50,156 nucleotides of DNA from Nitrospinota bacterium (GTDB taxonomy: Bacteria > Nitrospinota_A > UBA7883 > JACRGQ01). Where the stretch lies: assembly GCA_016194375.1 (NCBI GenBank), contig JACQBU010000026.1, positions 1-50,156 on the forward strand. Direction: 5' to 3'. This document shows positions 7,154-15,322 of the stretch, in pieces. Under the pieces are notes generated by a model. It had not been told where the DNA came from. It searched no databases and saw only the letters and a program-made list of their open reading frames with translations. The first letter of the stretch is position 1; each line of letters opens with the position of its first letter. The position numbers were made by a program, and so were the translations under genes.

Positions 7154-8974
7154 ATGTCGGGAATAGCCGGGTACGTGGGGCACCGCAACGCGAAGGACGT
7201 CCTTCTGGACTCCCTCGCGAGGCTTGAGTACAGGGGTTACGACTCGTCCGGGCTGGCCGTCATAAGCGACGGCGAGCTTAAACTGCACCGGGTCCTGGGC
7301 CGCCCCGCCGCGCTCGCGGAGAAGCTCCGCGCGAGGCCGATACCCGGAGCCGTTGGCATCGGACACACGCGCTGGGCGTCGCACGGGAAGCCCTCCGTAA
7401 GGAACGCCCATCCTCAGGTGGCGCACTCCATCGCCGTGGCCCACAACGGGATAATCGACAACGCCGTCGCGCTAAGGGAGTCGCTCGAGGCGGGCGGCGA
7501 GAAGTTCAAGTCCGAAACGGACACCGAGGTCCTGACGCACCTCATCAACCAGCACTGGAAGGGGACGTTGTTGGAGTCCGTGCTGGCCGCGCTTCAACAC
7601 GTCGGCGGCGGGCTCACGTTTTGCGCCATATCGGCGCGCGACCCCGGCCAGCTCGTGGTGGCCCGGAAGGGGAACCCCATGGTCGTGGGGCTTGGCGAGG
7701 GGGAGTACCTCGCGGCCTCGGACGCCACGGCCATATCCCCGTACACGGACAGGATGGTGTTCCTGCAGGACGGCGAGGTCGCGCTTCTTTCGCGCGACGG
7801 GGCGCAGTTCATGGACTTTAGCGGGAGGCCCGTGGACCACAAGCCGAGGAAGATTTCGTGGAACCCGGTGATGGCGGAGAAGAGGGGATACCGCCACTTC
7901 CTGCTGAAGGAGATTGTCGAATCCCCGCGCGCGGTTAGGGACACGGTGGCCAGTTGCTTTCCCATGAAGGGCGAGCGGCTTTTGGCGGAGCAGTTCAACT
8001 TCCCCTGCAAGGGGATTGAGAAGGTGCGAAAGGTCATCTACGCCGGAAGCGGCTCGTCGTACATAGCCGCCATGCTGGGGCAATGGATTTGCGAGTCGGC
8101 GGCCGGGGTCCCGGCGGGGCGCCTGATAGCCTCCGAGCGCCAGTTCGCCCGCCGCATCATAGAGCCGAGCACGCTGTTCGTCGCCGCCTCGCAGTCGGGC
8201 GAGACGCTCGACACGCTGGAGGCCGCGAAGCTGGCCCTGCAAGGGGGCGCGCGGGTTTTGGCGGTCACGAACAACCCGTCCAGCTCGCTGGCGGGCATGG
8301 CGCACGACGTGTTCGAAATCAAGGCCGGGCCGGAGATTTCGGTCGCGTCCACGAAGACCTTCTCGGCGCTCGTCGCCGCCATGGCGCTGTTGGCGATCCA
8401 CCTAGGAAGGGGCCGGAAGACCATGCCGCCCGACGAACAGCAAAAACTGCTGGACGCGCTCGGGGCGCTCCCGGAGCAGATGGAGCTGATGGTGACGCAC
8501 GAGGCGAGGATGAGGAGGCTGGCGGAGGAGTACTCCCGCTCTCGCTCGTTCTTTTTCGTGGGGCGCGGGCTTCACTACCCGGCCACGATGTACGCGGCGC
8601 TGATGATGAAGGAGGTGGCGAACGTCCACGCCGAGGGGCTCGTCGGGGGCGAGATGAAGCACGGCACCATAAGCCTCGTGGAGAAGGGGACGCCGGTGAT
8701 GTACATGGCCAACCACGAGACGCTGATGAAGGAGGCGCTCAACGACATGGACGAGCTGATGGCGCGCGGCGCGGCGGTCATCGCGGTGGGGTCGCACGAG
8801 TTCCCGGAGACGGCGGCGCACTGCCACGAGTTCATAGCGACTCCGTCCGCGCCGGACGCGCTGGCGCCGTTGCTCGCGATTGTCCTCGCCCAGCTTTTCA
8901 TTTATTATGTCGGTTTGTACGACAAAAAGGACGTCGACCGCCCGCGAAACGTGGCGAAGAGCGTCACCGTTTAA
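7154..8974 (+). CDS. Glutamine--fructose-6-phosphate aminotransferase paralog with Ser in place of the N-terminal catalytic Cys
   Basis: The true start is the ATG at 7154, 2 nt after the glmU-like stop. The protein begins MSGIAGYVGHRN… (atg tcg gga), where GlmS has MCGI. The remaining class-II GATase residues are conserved (LEYRGYDSSG, HTRWASHG, HNGIIDN, ETDTEV). It has two SIS domains and the C-terminal …NVAKSVTV. Length is 606 aa. Confidence 0.85.
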   Translation: MSGIAGYVGHRNAKDVLLDSLARLEYRGYDSSGLAVISDGELKLHRVLGRPAALAEKLRARPIPGAVGIGHTRWASHGKPSVRNAHPQVAHSIAVAHNGIIDNAVALRESLEAGGEKFKSETDTEVLTHLINQHWKGTLLESVLAALQHVGGGLTFCAISARDPGQLVVARKGNPMVVGLGEGEYLAASDATAISPYTDRMVFLQDGEVALLSRDGAQFMDFSGRPVDHKPRKISWNPVMAEKRGYRHFLLKEIVESPRAVRDTVASCFPMKGERLLAEQFNFPCKGIEKVRKVIYAGSGSSYIAAMLGQWICESAAGVPAGRLIASERQFARRIIEPSTLFVAASQSGETLDTLEAAKLALQGGARVLAVTNNPSSSLAGMAHDVFEIKAGPEISVASTKTFSALVAAMALLAIHLGRGRKTMPPDEQQKLLDALGALPEQMELMVTHEARMRRLAEEYSRSRSFFFVGRGLHYPATMYAALMMKEVANVHAEGLVGGEMKHGTISLVEKGTPVMYMANHETLMKEALNDMDELMARGAAVIAVGSHEFPETAAHCHEFIATPSAPDALAPLLAIVLAQLFIYYVGLYDKKDVDRPRNVAKSVTV

Positions 8975-8997
8975 CCCGCTTTATTCTGGAGGTTTGT

Positions 8998-10206
8998 TTG
9001 AAGGCTTTGGTGCTTGCGGCCGGCGGCGGCATGAACATGGCCCCGTTTTTCCCGACGAGGCCGAAGTCCATGATTCACGTGGCCGGAAGGCCGGTGCTTC
9101 ACAGGACCCTCCAGATGTTGCGCGAGTCGGGATTCGGCGAAGTCTGCGTGGTAGTCGGCCCGAACGGGCGGCTGATAACGGAATTTTTCGGGGCCGGCAG
9201 GAGCGTGGACATGAAGATAAGCTACGCCACCCAGGGAAAGCGGGGCGGAATCGGCCGGGCCGTCCTCGCGGCAAAGAGCCGGTTCAAGGCGGGCGAGAAT
9301 TTCCTGCTGGCGTACTCCGACGTGGTCGCGGAGGAAAACCTGGTTTCAAGCGTGATGGAGGCCTTCCGCCTCTCCGACAAACCGGCGGCCAGCATCTGCC
9401 TGACGGACGACCCGGCGGGCTTCGGCAACGTCTATCTGGACGACGCGATGAACATCACCAGGATAATCGAGAAGCCCGGCCGCGGCGGAAAGGGGAACTA
9501 CGTTTTGGCCGGGATGTTCGTCCTCCCGTACTCCTTTTTCGGGACGCTGGAAAAAAACGGCGGCGACATGGCGAAGGCGCTGGCCGCGCTCGTCAGGGCC
9601 GAGGGGCTCAAGGGCGCCATCTGGGAGAAAGGGTGGGTGGACCTCGTGCACCCGTGGGAGGTCCTTTTGGCGAACAGGATGGTGATGGGGACGTGGCATG
9701 ACGCGGTGGTTCACGAGAGCATCAAACTGAGGGACGCCAAGATAAAGGGGCCGGTTCACATCGAGGAAAACGTGGAGATACGCTCCGGCGCGGTGATAGA
9801 AGGCCCGGCGTTCATAGGGCGCGGAAGCTACATAGGCAACAACGCGCTCATACGCAAAAACTCCTCCATTGGCGCCGGTTCGGTGGTGGGGTTCGGCGCG
9901 GAGATAAAGAACAGCGTCATTTTCGGCCGCACGAAGATAGGCAGGCTTTCCTTCATCGGCGACAGCGTGATAGGGGAGAACGTGGAGATAGGCTCCGGCA
10001 CGATGACCACGAACTACGACGTGAACGGCGCCGACATCAAGGTGAGGCTCGACAAGGCCCTGCTGGGGACGGGGATGAAAAAACTCGGCGCGTTCGCGGG
10101 GGACGGCGCCCATCTTGGCAACGGCCACAACATCGCCCCCGGCGCGGTCATCCCCCCCGGATGCGTCGTGGGGCACAACATAACGCATCCGAAAAGGGGC
10201 GTCTGA
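8998..10206 (+). CDS. Archaeal-type bifunctional sugar-1-phosphate nucleotidyltransferase / LbH acyltransferase-like protein
   Basis: TTG start at 8998, with GGAGG at 8988-8992. The upstream 305 codons of the 707-aa track ORF are an out-of-frame shadow of the previous gene. The N-terminal NTP-transferase fold begins (M)KALVLAAGGGMNMAPFFPTRPKSMIHVAG. The C-terminus has hexapeptide repeats (IGRGSYIGNNALIRKNSSIGAGSVVGFGAEIKNSVIFG…). Length is 402 aa. Confidence 0.75.
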   Translation: MKALVLAAGGGMNMAPFFPTRPKSMIHVAGRPVLHRTLQMLRESGFGEVCVVVGPNGRLITEFFGAGRSVDMKISYATQGKRGGIGRAVLAAKSRFKAGENFLLAYSDVVAEENLVSSVMEAFRLSDKPAASICLTDDPAGFGNVYLDDAMNITRIIEKPGRGGKGNYVLAGMFVLPYSFFGTLEKNGGDMAKALAALVRAEGLKGAIWEKGWVDLVHPWEVLLANRMVMGTWHDAVVHESIKLRDAKIKGPVHIEENVEIRSGAVIEGPAFIGRGSYIGNNALIRKNSSIGAGSVVGFGAEIKNSVIFGRTKIGRLSFIGDSVIGENVEIGSGTMTTNYDVNGADIKVRLDKALLGTGMKKLGAFAGDGAHLGNGHNIAPGAVIPPGCVVGHNITHPKRGV

Positions 10207-10210
10207 CCCG

Positions 10211-12031
10211 ATGTGCGGAATAAGCGGGATAGTCTCCGGGGAGAACGTCGCCGCGAAGCTTCTTTCCAGCATACAGAACCTGGAGTACCGGGGGTACGAC
10301 TCCTGCGGGATGGCCGTGCTGAATGCACGCGGGCCGGTGGTGAGGAAAAACGTCGGCCACGTGGCGGACGTGGCGGAGAAGGAGCTTTTTCTTTCCCTCG
10401 AGGGCGTCACCGGAATAGCCCACACGAGGTGGGCCACCCACGGGGGCGTGACGCCGGCGAACGCCCACCCGCACCTTAGTTGCGACAAAACCCTCGCGAT
10501 CGTCCACAACGGCATAATCTCAAACTACGCGAGGCTCAAGGCCGCGCTGATAAAAAGGCGGCACAAGTTCGCCTCCGAAACCGACTCCGAGGTCATCGCG
10601 CACCTCGTGGAGGAAAACAGGAAAAAAGGGGCGCCGCTAGAGCGGGCGTTCACGTCGGCGCTGAAGGACCTGGAGGGGTCGTTCGCCGTGGCCATGGTCT
10701 CCATCGAGGCGCCGCACAGGATTTATTGCGGCAAGCACGAAAGCCCGCTCATACTCGGCCTCGGGAAAAACGAATTCTACGTCGGCTCGGACTTCAACGC
10801 CTTCATAGAGCACACGAAGGACGCCGTCGTGATGGACGACGGCGAATACGCGGTGGTGTCCGACCACGGTTACGAGGTCAAAAGGATTCGCGACGGCAAA
10901 CCCGTGCGCAAGACGATAATGAGGATAGACTGGGACTCCGAGGCGTCGCGCAAGGGGGGATTCCCCCACTACATGCTCAAGGAGATTTACGAACAGCCGG
11001 AAACAGTCCGAAAGGCCCTTTCCGTAAGCGAGGATTCAATCGTCGGGCTGGCAAAAGGCCTGACGGGGGCCAAGAGGGCGTACCTAACCGGGGTGGGGAC
11101 GACGTATTACGCCGCCAAAGTCGGGCAGTATTACTTCGCGTCGGAGGCCGACCTGGGCGTTCCGGCGGCCAGCTCGGACGAGTTTTTGGAAAACTCCCCG
11201 CTGGCGAAGGACGATTTCGTCCTGGCGGTTTCCCAGTCGGGCGAGACCTACGACACGCTTCGCCTGGTGCGGGAGGCGAAAAAAAGGGGGGCGAAAACGG
11301 CGGCGGTCGTCAACGTCGTCGGCTCCACGTTGAGCAGGCTGGTGGACCAGGTCGTGTTGCAGGGCTCCGGCCCCGAGATATGCGTCATCAGCACCAAGGC
11401 CGCGCTGGCGCAGATGATAATCCTCATGCGAGTCGCGATTGAAGCCGGCCGAATGAACGGCCGCCTGACCCCCGCAGAAAAGAGGAGGAAAACGGCGCAG
11501 TTGGAGGCGCTCCCGGCCCTGATTTCGGGCTTCCTCAACGAGTATTCCGGATTGTTCCACACCATCGCGCAGAAGCACGCCTCGCGCCACAACTGGTTGT
11601 TCATGGGCCGCGGCAGGTTTTACCCCGTCGCGCTCGAGACCGCGCTCAAGGTGAAGGAGGTGGCCTATCTTCACGCCGAGGGAATGCCCGCCGGGTTTCT
11701 AAAACACGGCGCGCTCGCGCTGATAGACGACACCCTCATGTCGGCAATGTTCGTCCCCGGCGAGTCGGAGAAGGAACTGCACAGGATGACCATGGGCTCC
11801 GTGGCGGAGATAAACGCGCGCGGCGGCAGGGTGATAGGCTTCCACTTCTCCAAGTCGTTGCGCGGCTCCAAGCTGTTCGAGGACCAGGTCCTGCTTCCGT
11901 CCGCACCGCCCCTCACGAGCCCCCTGGTGGCGCTGCTGGCGGGCCAGCTCCTTTCGTACTTTTTGGCCACGGTGCTCGGGCGCGACGTGGACAAGCCGCG
12001 CTCCCTTGCGAAATCAGTAACCGTCGCCTAG
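10211..12031 (+). CDS. glmS: Glutamine--fructose-6-phosphate aminotransferase (isomerizing), canonical
   Basis: Starts MCGISGIV… with Cys1. Motifs LEYRGYDSCG, HTRWATHG, HNGIISN and two SIS domains are present. The C-terminus is …SLAKSVTVA. Length is 606 aa. Confidence 0.93.
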   Translation: MCGISGIVSGENVAAKLLSSIQNLEYRGYDSCGMAVLNARGPVVRKNVGHVADVAEKELFLSLEGVTGIAHTRWATHGGVTPANAHPHLSCDKTLAIVHNGIISNYARLKAALIKRRHKFASETDSEVIAHLVEENRKKGAPLERAFTSALKDLEGSFAVAMVSIEAPHRIYCGKHESPLILGLGKNEFYVGSDFNAFIEHTKDAVVMDDGEYAVVSDHGYEVKRIRDGKPVRKTIMRIDWDSEASRKGGFPHYMLKEIYEQPETVRKALSVSEDSIVGLAKGLTGAKRAYLTGVGTTYYAAKVGQYYFASEADLGVPAASSDEFLENSPLAKDDFVLAVSQSGETYDTLRLVREAKKRGAKTAAVVNVVGSTLSRLVDQVVLQGSGPEICVISTKAALAQMIILMRVAIEAGRMNGRLTPAEKRRKTAQLEALPALISGFLNEYSGLFHTIAQKHASRHNWLFMGRGRFYPVALETALKVKEVAYLHAEGMPAGFLKHGALALIDDTLMSAMFVPGESEKELHRMTMGSVAEINARGGRVIGFHFSKSLRGSKLFEDQVLLPSAPPLTSPLVALLAGQLLSYFLATVLGRDVDKPRSLAKSVTVA

Positions 12032-12112
12032 CCGGCGGGGGCAGGGTTGTAGTTGAACCCTTTTGCGCCGGATGAAGCGCGGAGGAAAAAATGAAACAAA
12101 TGGCCGCAAAAA

Positions 12113-14032
12113 ATGACCGGGCCTGAAAACCGCCCCGCCCGGCCGCGCCCCAGCCGGTTGCAGGGGACCGACGGCGTGAGGGGGCCGGTTCGCCCGGCCC
12201 GGGACTTCCCGGACGGGCCGGTGGAAACCTTCCTCGGACGCGGGGTGTTGACGGAGGAGTTTTTCGAGCTTTACTGCTACGCGCACGTTCGCGGTCTCGT
12301 CGAGGATGGAAAAATGGCCGAGGGGGACGACGTCCTCATAGGGTGGGATTCGAGGGACGTGGAGAAAACTTACGTCAACGCCGCCGTGTCGGGAATCGCC
12401 AAGGCGGGGGGAAGGCCCGCGCTTTTGGGGGTTCTTCCAACGCCGGGCGCGGCCATATCGCTCGTCTGTCTCGAGGCGCCGACGGCGATAGTGATAACGG
12501 CGTCGCACAACCCGAGCGACCAGAACGGGATAAAAATATTCACGGGGCCGCTCGGCATGAAGTTTTTGCCGGAGGACGACGAAAGGCTCACGGAAAGGGT
12601 CTATTCCGTGGATTTCGAGAAGATACGGAACGCGGAGAAAAAATTCTTCCCGTTCGACGCCTCCAGGGAGGAGCGTGCGAGGTTCATACATTTTCACCTT
12701 GACGGGCGCAACAGCTGGGCGGAGGGGAACGAGAGGGTCTTCTCGGGTTCCGAGATAATAGTCGACCCCGCCCGCGGCGCGCTGGCCCAAATCGCCGCCA
12801 TGGTTTTTTCGGAGCTCGGGTTCGGGATGGTCGAGGAGGTCGCGGGCGAGCAAAACGGCGACGTGAACAAGGACTCCGGAGTGGCGCACATAGAGGGGAC
12901 GAGGGAGATAACGGCCGCCGCCTTCGACTCCGGCTCCGGCCTCGCGCGCCACGAGCTGGTGAAAAAGATGTTCGAGGAGGGGCGCGCCGCCGCGAGGAAA
13001 AACGACCCGGCGCAAAGGCCGCTTTTCGGCGTCTCGTTCGACGCGGACGGAGACAGGTTCTTCCTGCTCCTTTACGACGCGAAAAACGACTCCGTGCGGA
13101 TACTTTCCGGCGACGACTGCCTCGCGCTTCAATCCTCGTATCTCATGGCGGCGGAGCCGGAAAAGTGGAGGGGGCGGACGATGGCGTTCACGGTCGAAAG
13201 CGACGTGAACCTTCTCAGGCACGCGACGTCGCTCGGGTTCAAGCCGGTCGTCACGGCGGTGGGGGACAAGTGGATATTAAAAAAGGCGGAGGAATGCGGC
13301 GAATCCTTCGGCGTCGGCGGCGAGGAGGCCGGACACAGCATAAGCGAGGGGGTGACGACGATAAAATGCAGGGAGGAAAAGCGTCTCTTCGCGGGCAACG
13401 GCCTGAAAGGGGCGATAAACACGATTTTGGCCCTGCATAAGCTGGCCGGCGGGGGGGGCGTCATGGAAGCGGCCAGAAACCCGTTCGAGGCGGGGTTCCG
13501 CCACACCGCCTATGCGTATTACGTGAACAAGGGGCTTTTTCACAGGGGGAGCCACGCGTGGAAGGGCGCGGAGAAGACGTTGAGGGAGATTTTTAGCGGG
13601 CGGGACAAACACCGGCTTTCGCTCGAGGCGGAGGAAATAGAGGGGGAGCCGGACATGTTGTATTTCGCCATAACGTCGTGGGACGAGGGGCGGGTCGGCT
13701 CCATATTCGTCCGAAATTCCGGCACGGAGGACAAGATAAGCGCGAACGCCCGAGGCGCGAAGAAGATGGCGGGGTTGCTCAAAACCGCGTGCGACGCGGT
13801 TATAATCCGGCTCATGGAACAAATGACAGACGCGGCCAACCCCATGGCGGTTGCGCGGCTCAAACTGCTCAAACAAATCTCAAAAAAAATAACGCCCGTC
13901 GCCGGGGCCTTTCCCGGCGTTGATTTCGAGCGCCTGACGCACGAGACGGAGGTGAAACAACAATTGATGACCCGGCGCGGGGGGGAATTCGTTCTCACGC
14001 CGCTGGGGGAGGCTCTGCTTGAAAAATTTTGA
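12113..14032 (+). CDS. Alpha-D-phosphohexomutase family protein (phosphoglucosamine / phospho-N-acetylglucosamine mutase-like), unusually long
   Basis: Motifs found: LQGTDGVRG, active-site loop VITASHNPSDQNGIKIF, metal loop SFDADGDRFF, sugar loop GGEEAGHSI, phosphate loop VRNSGTEDKI. At 639 aa it is well above typical GlmM length. The start is uncertain (see finding at 12081-12126). Confidence 0.8.
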   Translation: MTGPENRPARPRPSRLQGTDGVRGPVRPARDFPDGPVETFLGRGVLTEEFFELYCYAHVRGLVEDGKMAEGDDVLIGWDSRDVEKTYVNAAVSGIAKAGGRPALLGVLPTPGAAISLVCLEAPTAIVITASHNPSDQNGIKIFTGPLGMKFLPEDDERLTERVYSVDFEKIRNAEKKFFPFDASREERARFIHFHLDGRNSWAEGNERVFSGSEIIVDPARGALAQIAAMVFSELGFGMVEEVAGEQNGDVNKDSGVAHIEGTREITAAAFDSGSGLARHELVKKMFEEGRAAARKNDPAQRPLFGVSFDADGDRFFLLLYDAKNDSVRILSGDDCLALQSSYLMAAEPEKWRGRTMAFTVESDVNLLRHATSLGFKPVVTAVGDKWILKKAEECGESFGVGGEEAGHSISEGVTTIKCREEKRLFAGNGLKGAINTILALHKLAGGGGVMEAARNPFEAGFRHTAYAYYVNKGLFHRGSHAWKGAEKTLREIFSGRDKHRLSLEAEEIEGEPDMLYFAITSWDEGRVGSIFVRNSGTEDKISANARGAKKMAGLLKTACDAVIIRLMEQMTDAANPMAVARLKLLKQISKKITPVAGAFPGVDFERLTHETEVKQQLMTRRGGEFVLTPLGEALLEKF

Positions 14033-14771
14033 CGTCGCCGGATTTTTTCCCGAGATGGAAAACTTCGCCCACAAACGGCTGTTCGCCGGGGTCGCGCGCC
14101 CGTGGGACGTACTGCCAAAAATAAACGACTACATCTCGGATTTTGTCGGAAAAAACGCGCGGTCAAAACTTCCCGCCGGGCTTCGCCTGCTAAAGGGCGG
14201 GAGCCCCGCCCTGTACTGCGAAGCGCCCGTCACCCTCAAGGAAGACCTCGTGTGCCGCCCCGTCGCCGTGTTCAGAGGCAAGGGGACGACGATCGAGCCG
14301 TCCGCGCTGATAAAACGGTTCGCCCTCGTCGGCGAGGGTTGCGAGATAAGGCAGGGCGCCTACCTGCGCGGCGGGGTGATTGCCGGGGAAAAATGCACGC
14401 TGGGGCACGCCACCGAAATAAAGAACTCGATTTTGATGAACCATGCCGAGGCGGGGCATTTCAACTACGTCGGCGACTGCGTCGTCGGCTCCTACGTCAA
14501 CCTCGGGGCGGGGTCGAAGCTGGCGAACCTGAAGTTCAGAAGCGCGGCCGAAAAGAAGAACGGATTTTTCCCGGAAATATCCTTCCTCAGCGAAAAGAGC
14601 GTGGTCAAAACCGGCCTGTCGAAATTCGGGGCGATTTTGGGGGATTACTGCGAGGTCGGGTGCAACGCCGTCCTGTCCCCGGCGAGCATTTTGTACCCCG
14701 ACTGCAGGGTTTTCCCGAACTTCACGGTCAGCTCCGGCGTTTATAAAAATGGGAGTTACCTCCGCCCCTGA
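14019..14771 (+). CDS. Stand-alone left-handed beta-helix acetyltransferase resembling the GlmU C-terminal domain
   Basis: Hexapeptide repeats …VGEGCEIRQGAYLRGGVIAGEKCTLGHATEIKNSILMNHAEAGHFNYVGDCVVGSYVNLGAGSKLANLKF…FGAILGDYCEVGCNAVLSPASIL parallel the GlmU acetyltransferase core. The TTG start at 14019 overlaps the mutase by 14 nt; the ATG at 14055 is an alternative. Confidence 0.7.
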   Translation: MKNFDVAGFFPEMENFAHKRLFAGVARPWDVLPKINDYISDFVGKNARSKLPAGLRLLKGGSPALYCEAPVTLKEDLVCRPVAVFRGKGTTIEPSALIKRFALVGEGCEIRQGAYLRGGVIAGEKCTLGHATEIKNSILMNHAEAGHFNYVGDCVVGSYVNLGAGSKLANLKFRSAAEKKNGFFPEISFLSEKSVVKTGLSKFGAILGDYCEVGCNAVLSPASILYPDCRVFPNFTVSSGVYKNGSYLRP

Positions 14772-14845
14772 AAAGAGGGGATGGTAGATTGAATTGAAAA
14801 AGCCGCAGGGTGTAGAATAAAAAAAATAAATCGTGGGGACATAAA

Positions 14846-15247
14846 ATGGCGAAATTCACTCTAGGCAAACAGGGGTCAAAACGAAAGCCAGCCGGGGTAA
14901 GGGGTAAAGGCGAAATCAAGCCTGATGCTGAAATATCTGCCAAATTGCGGGCCGAGGTTTTGGCCCGCAACGATTTTACTTGCCAGATGTGCGGCATTAG
15001 CAAGGAAGAGATTAACCCATACACAGGGCATGTAGTTAGGTTTCGCATCGGGTTCGTCAAGGGTAAGAACTTAGGCGGGACAGCCAAACTTTCCAACCTC
15101 CGCGCCCTTTGCTCCACTTGTTACCGTGGCGCGAGGCACATCACGGAGAAAAAGCCAAGCCTGATCTGGCTTCTATCTCAAATCAGACGAGCCTACCCTG
15201 ACGACCAACGCGTAGCATACGATTGGCTATGCAAGAAATTCGGCTGA
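14846..15247 (+). CDS. Small HNH/zinc-ribbon-like protein with atypical catalytic positions
   Basis: 133-aa ORF in a low-GC islet. RAEVLARNDFTCQMCG…LGGTAKLSNLRALCSTCYRGARH follows the HNH CxxC…N…CxxC scaffold. The usual D-H dyad position reads RIGFV. Confidence 0.55.
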   Translation: MAKFTLGKQGSKRKPAGVRGKGEIKPDAEISAKLRAEVLARNDFTCQMCGISKEEINPYTGHVVRFRIGFVKGKNLGGTAKLSNLRALCSTCYRGARHITEKKPSLIWLLSQIRRAYPDDQRVAYDWLCKKFG

Positions 15248-15322
15248 AAGCGTGAAAGCGTGCGGAATGATGGGAAAAGTATTCCGTCATTTTTGGCCGA
15301 ATTTGGTTAGGGAGAACTTATT

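Noticed and set aside
7472-8401. 309-aa minus-strand ORF antisense to the GlmS paralog
   Set aside because: Arg/Leu/Pro-rich shadow frame.
8083-8997. N-terminal 305 codons of the 707-aa track ORF 8083..10206
   Set aside because: The composition is Arg/Gly/Ala/Asp-rich and low-complexity, and the stretch lies entirely inside the well-supported GlmS-like gene in another frame. The real gene starts at the TTG at 8998, behind a GGAGG.
9346-10515. 389-aa minus-strand ORF spanning two + strand genes
   Set aside because: It crosses a gene boundary, has shadow-frame composition and shows no motifs.
12014-13222. 402-aa minus-strand ORF antisense to the phosphohexomutase
   Set aside because: Arg/Pro/Val/Glu-rich shadow frame. 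The + strand carries all four phosphohexomutase loops.
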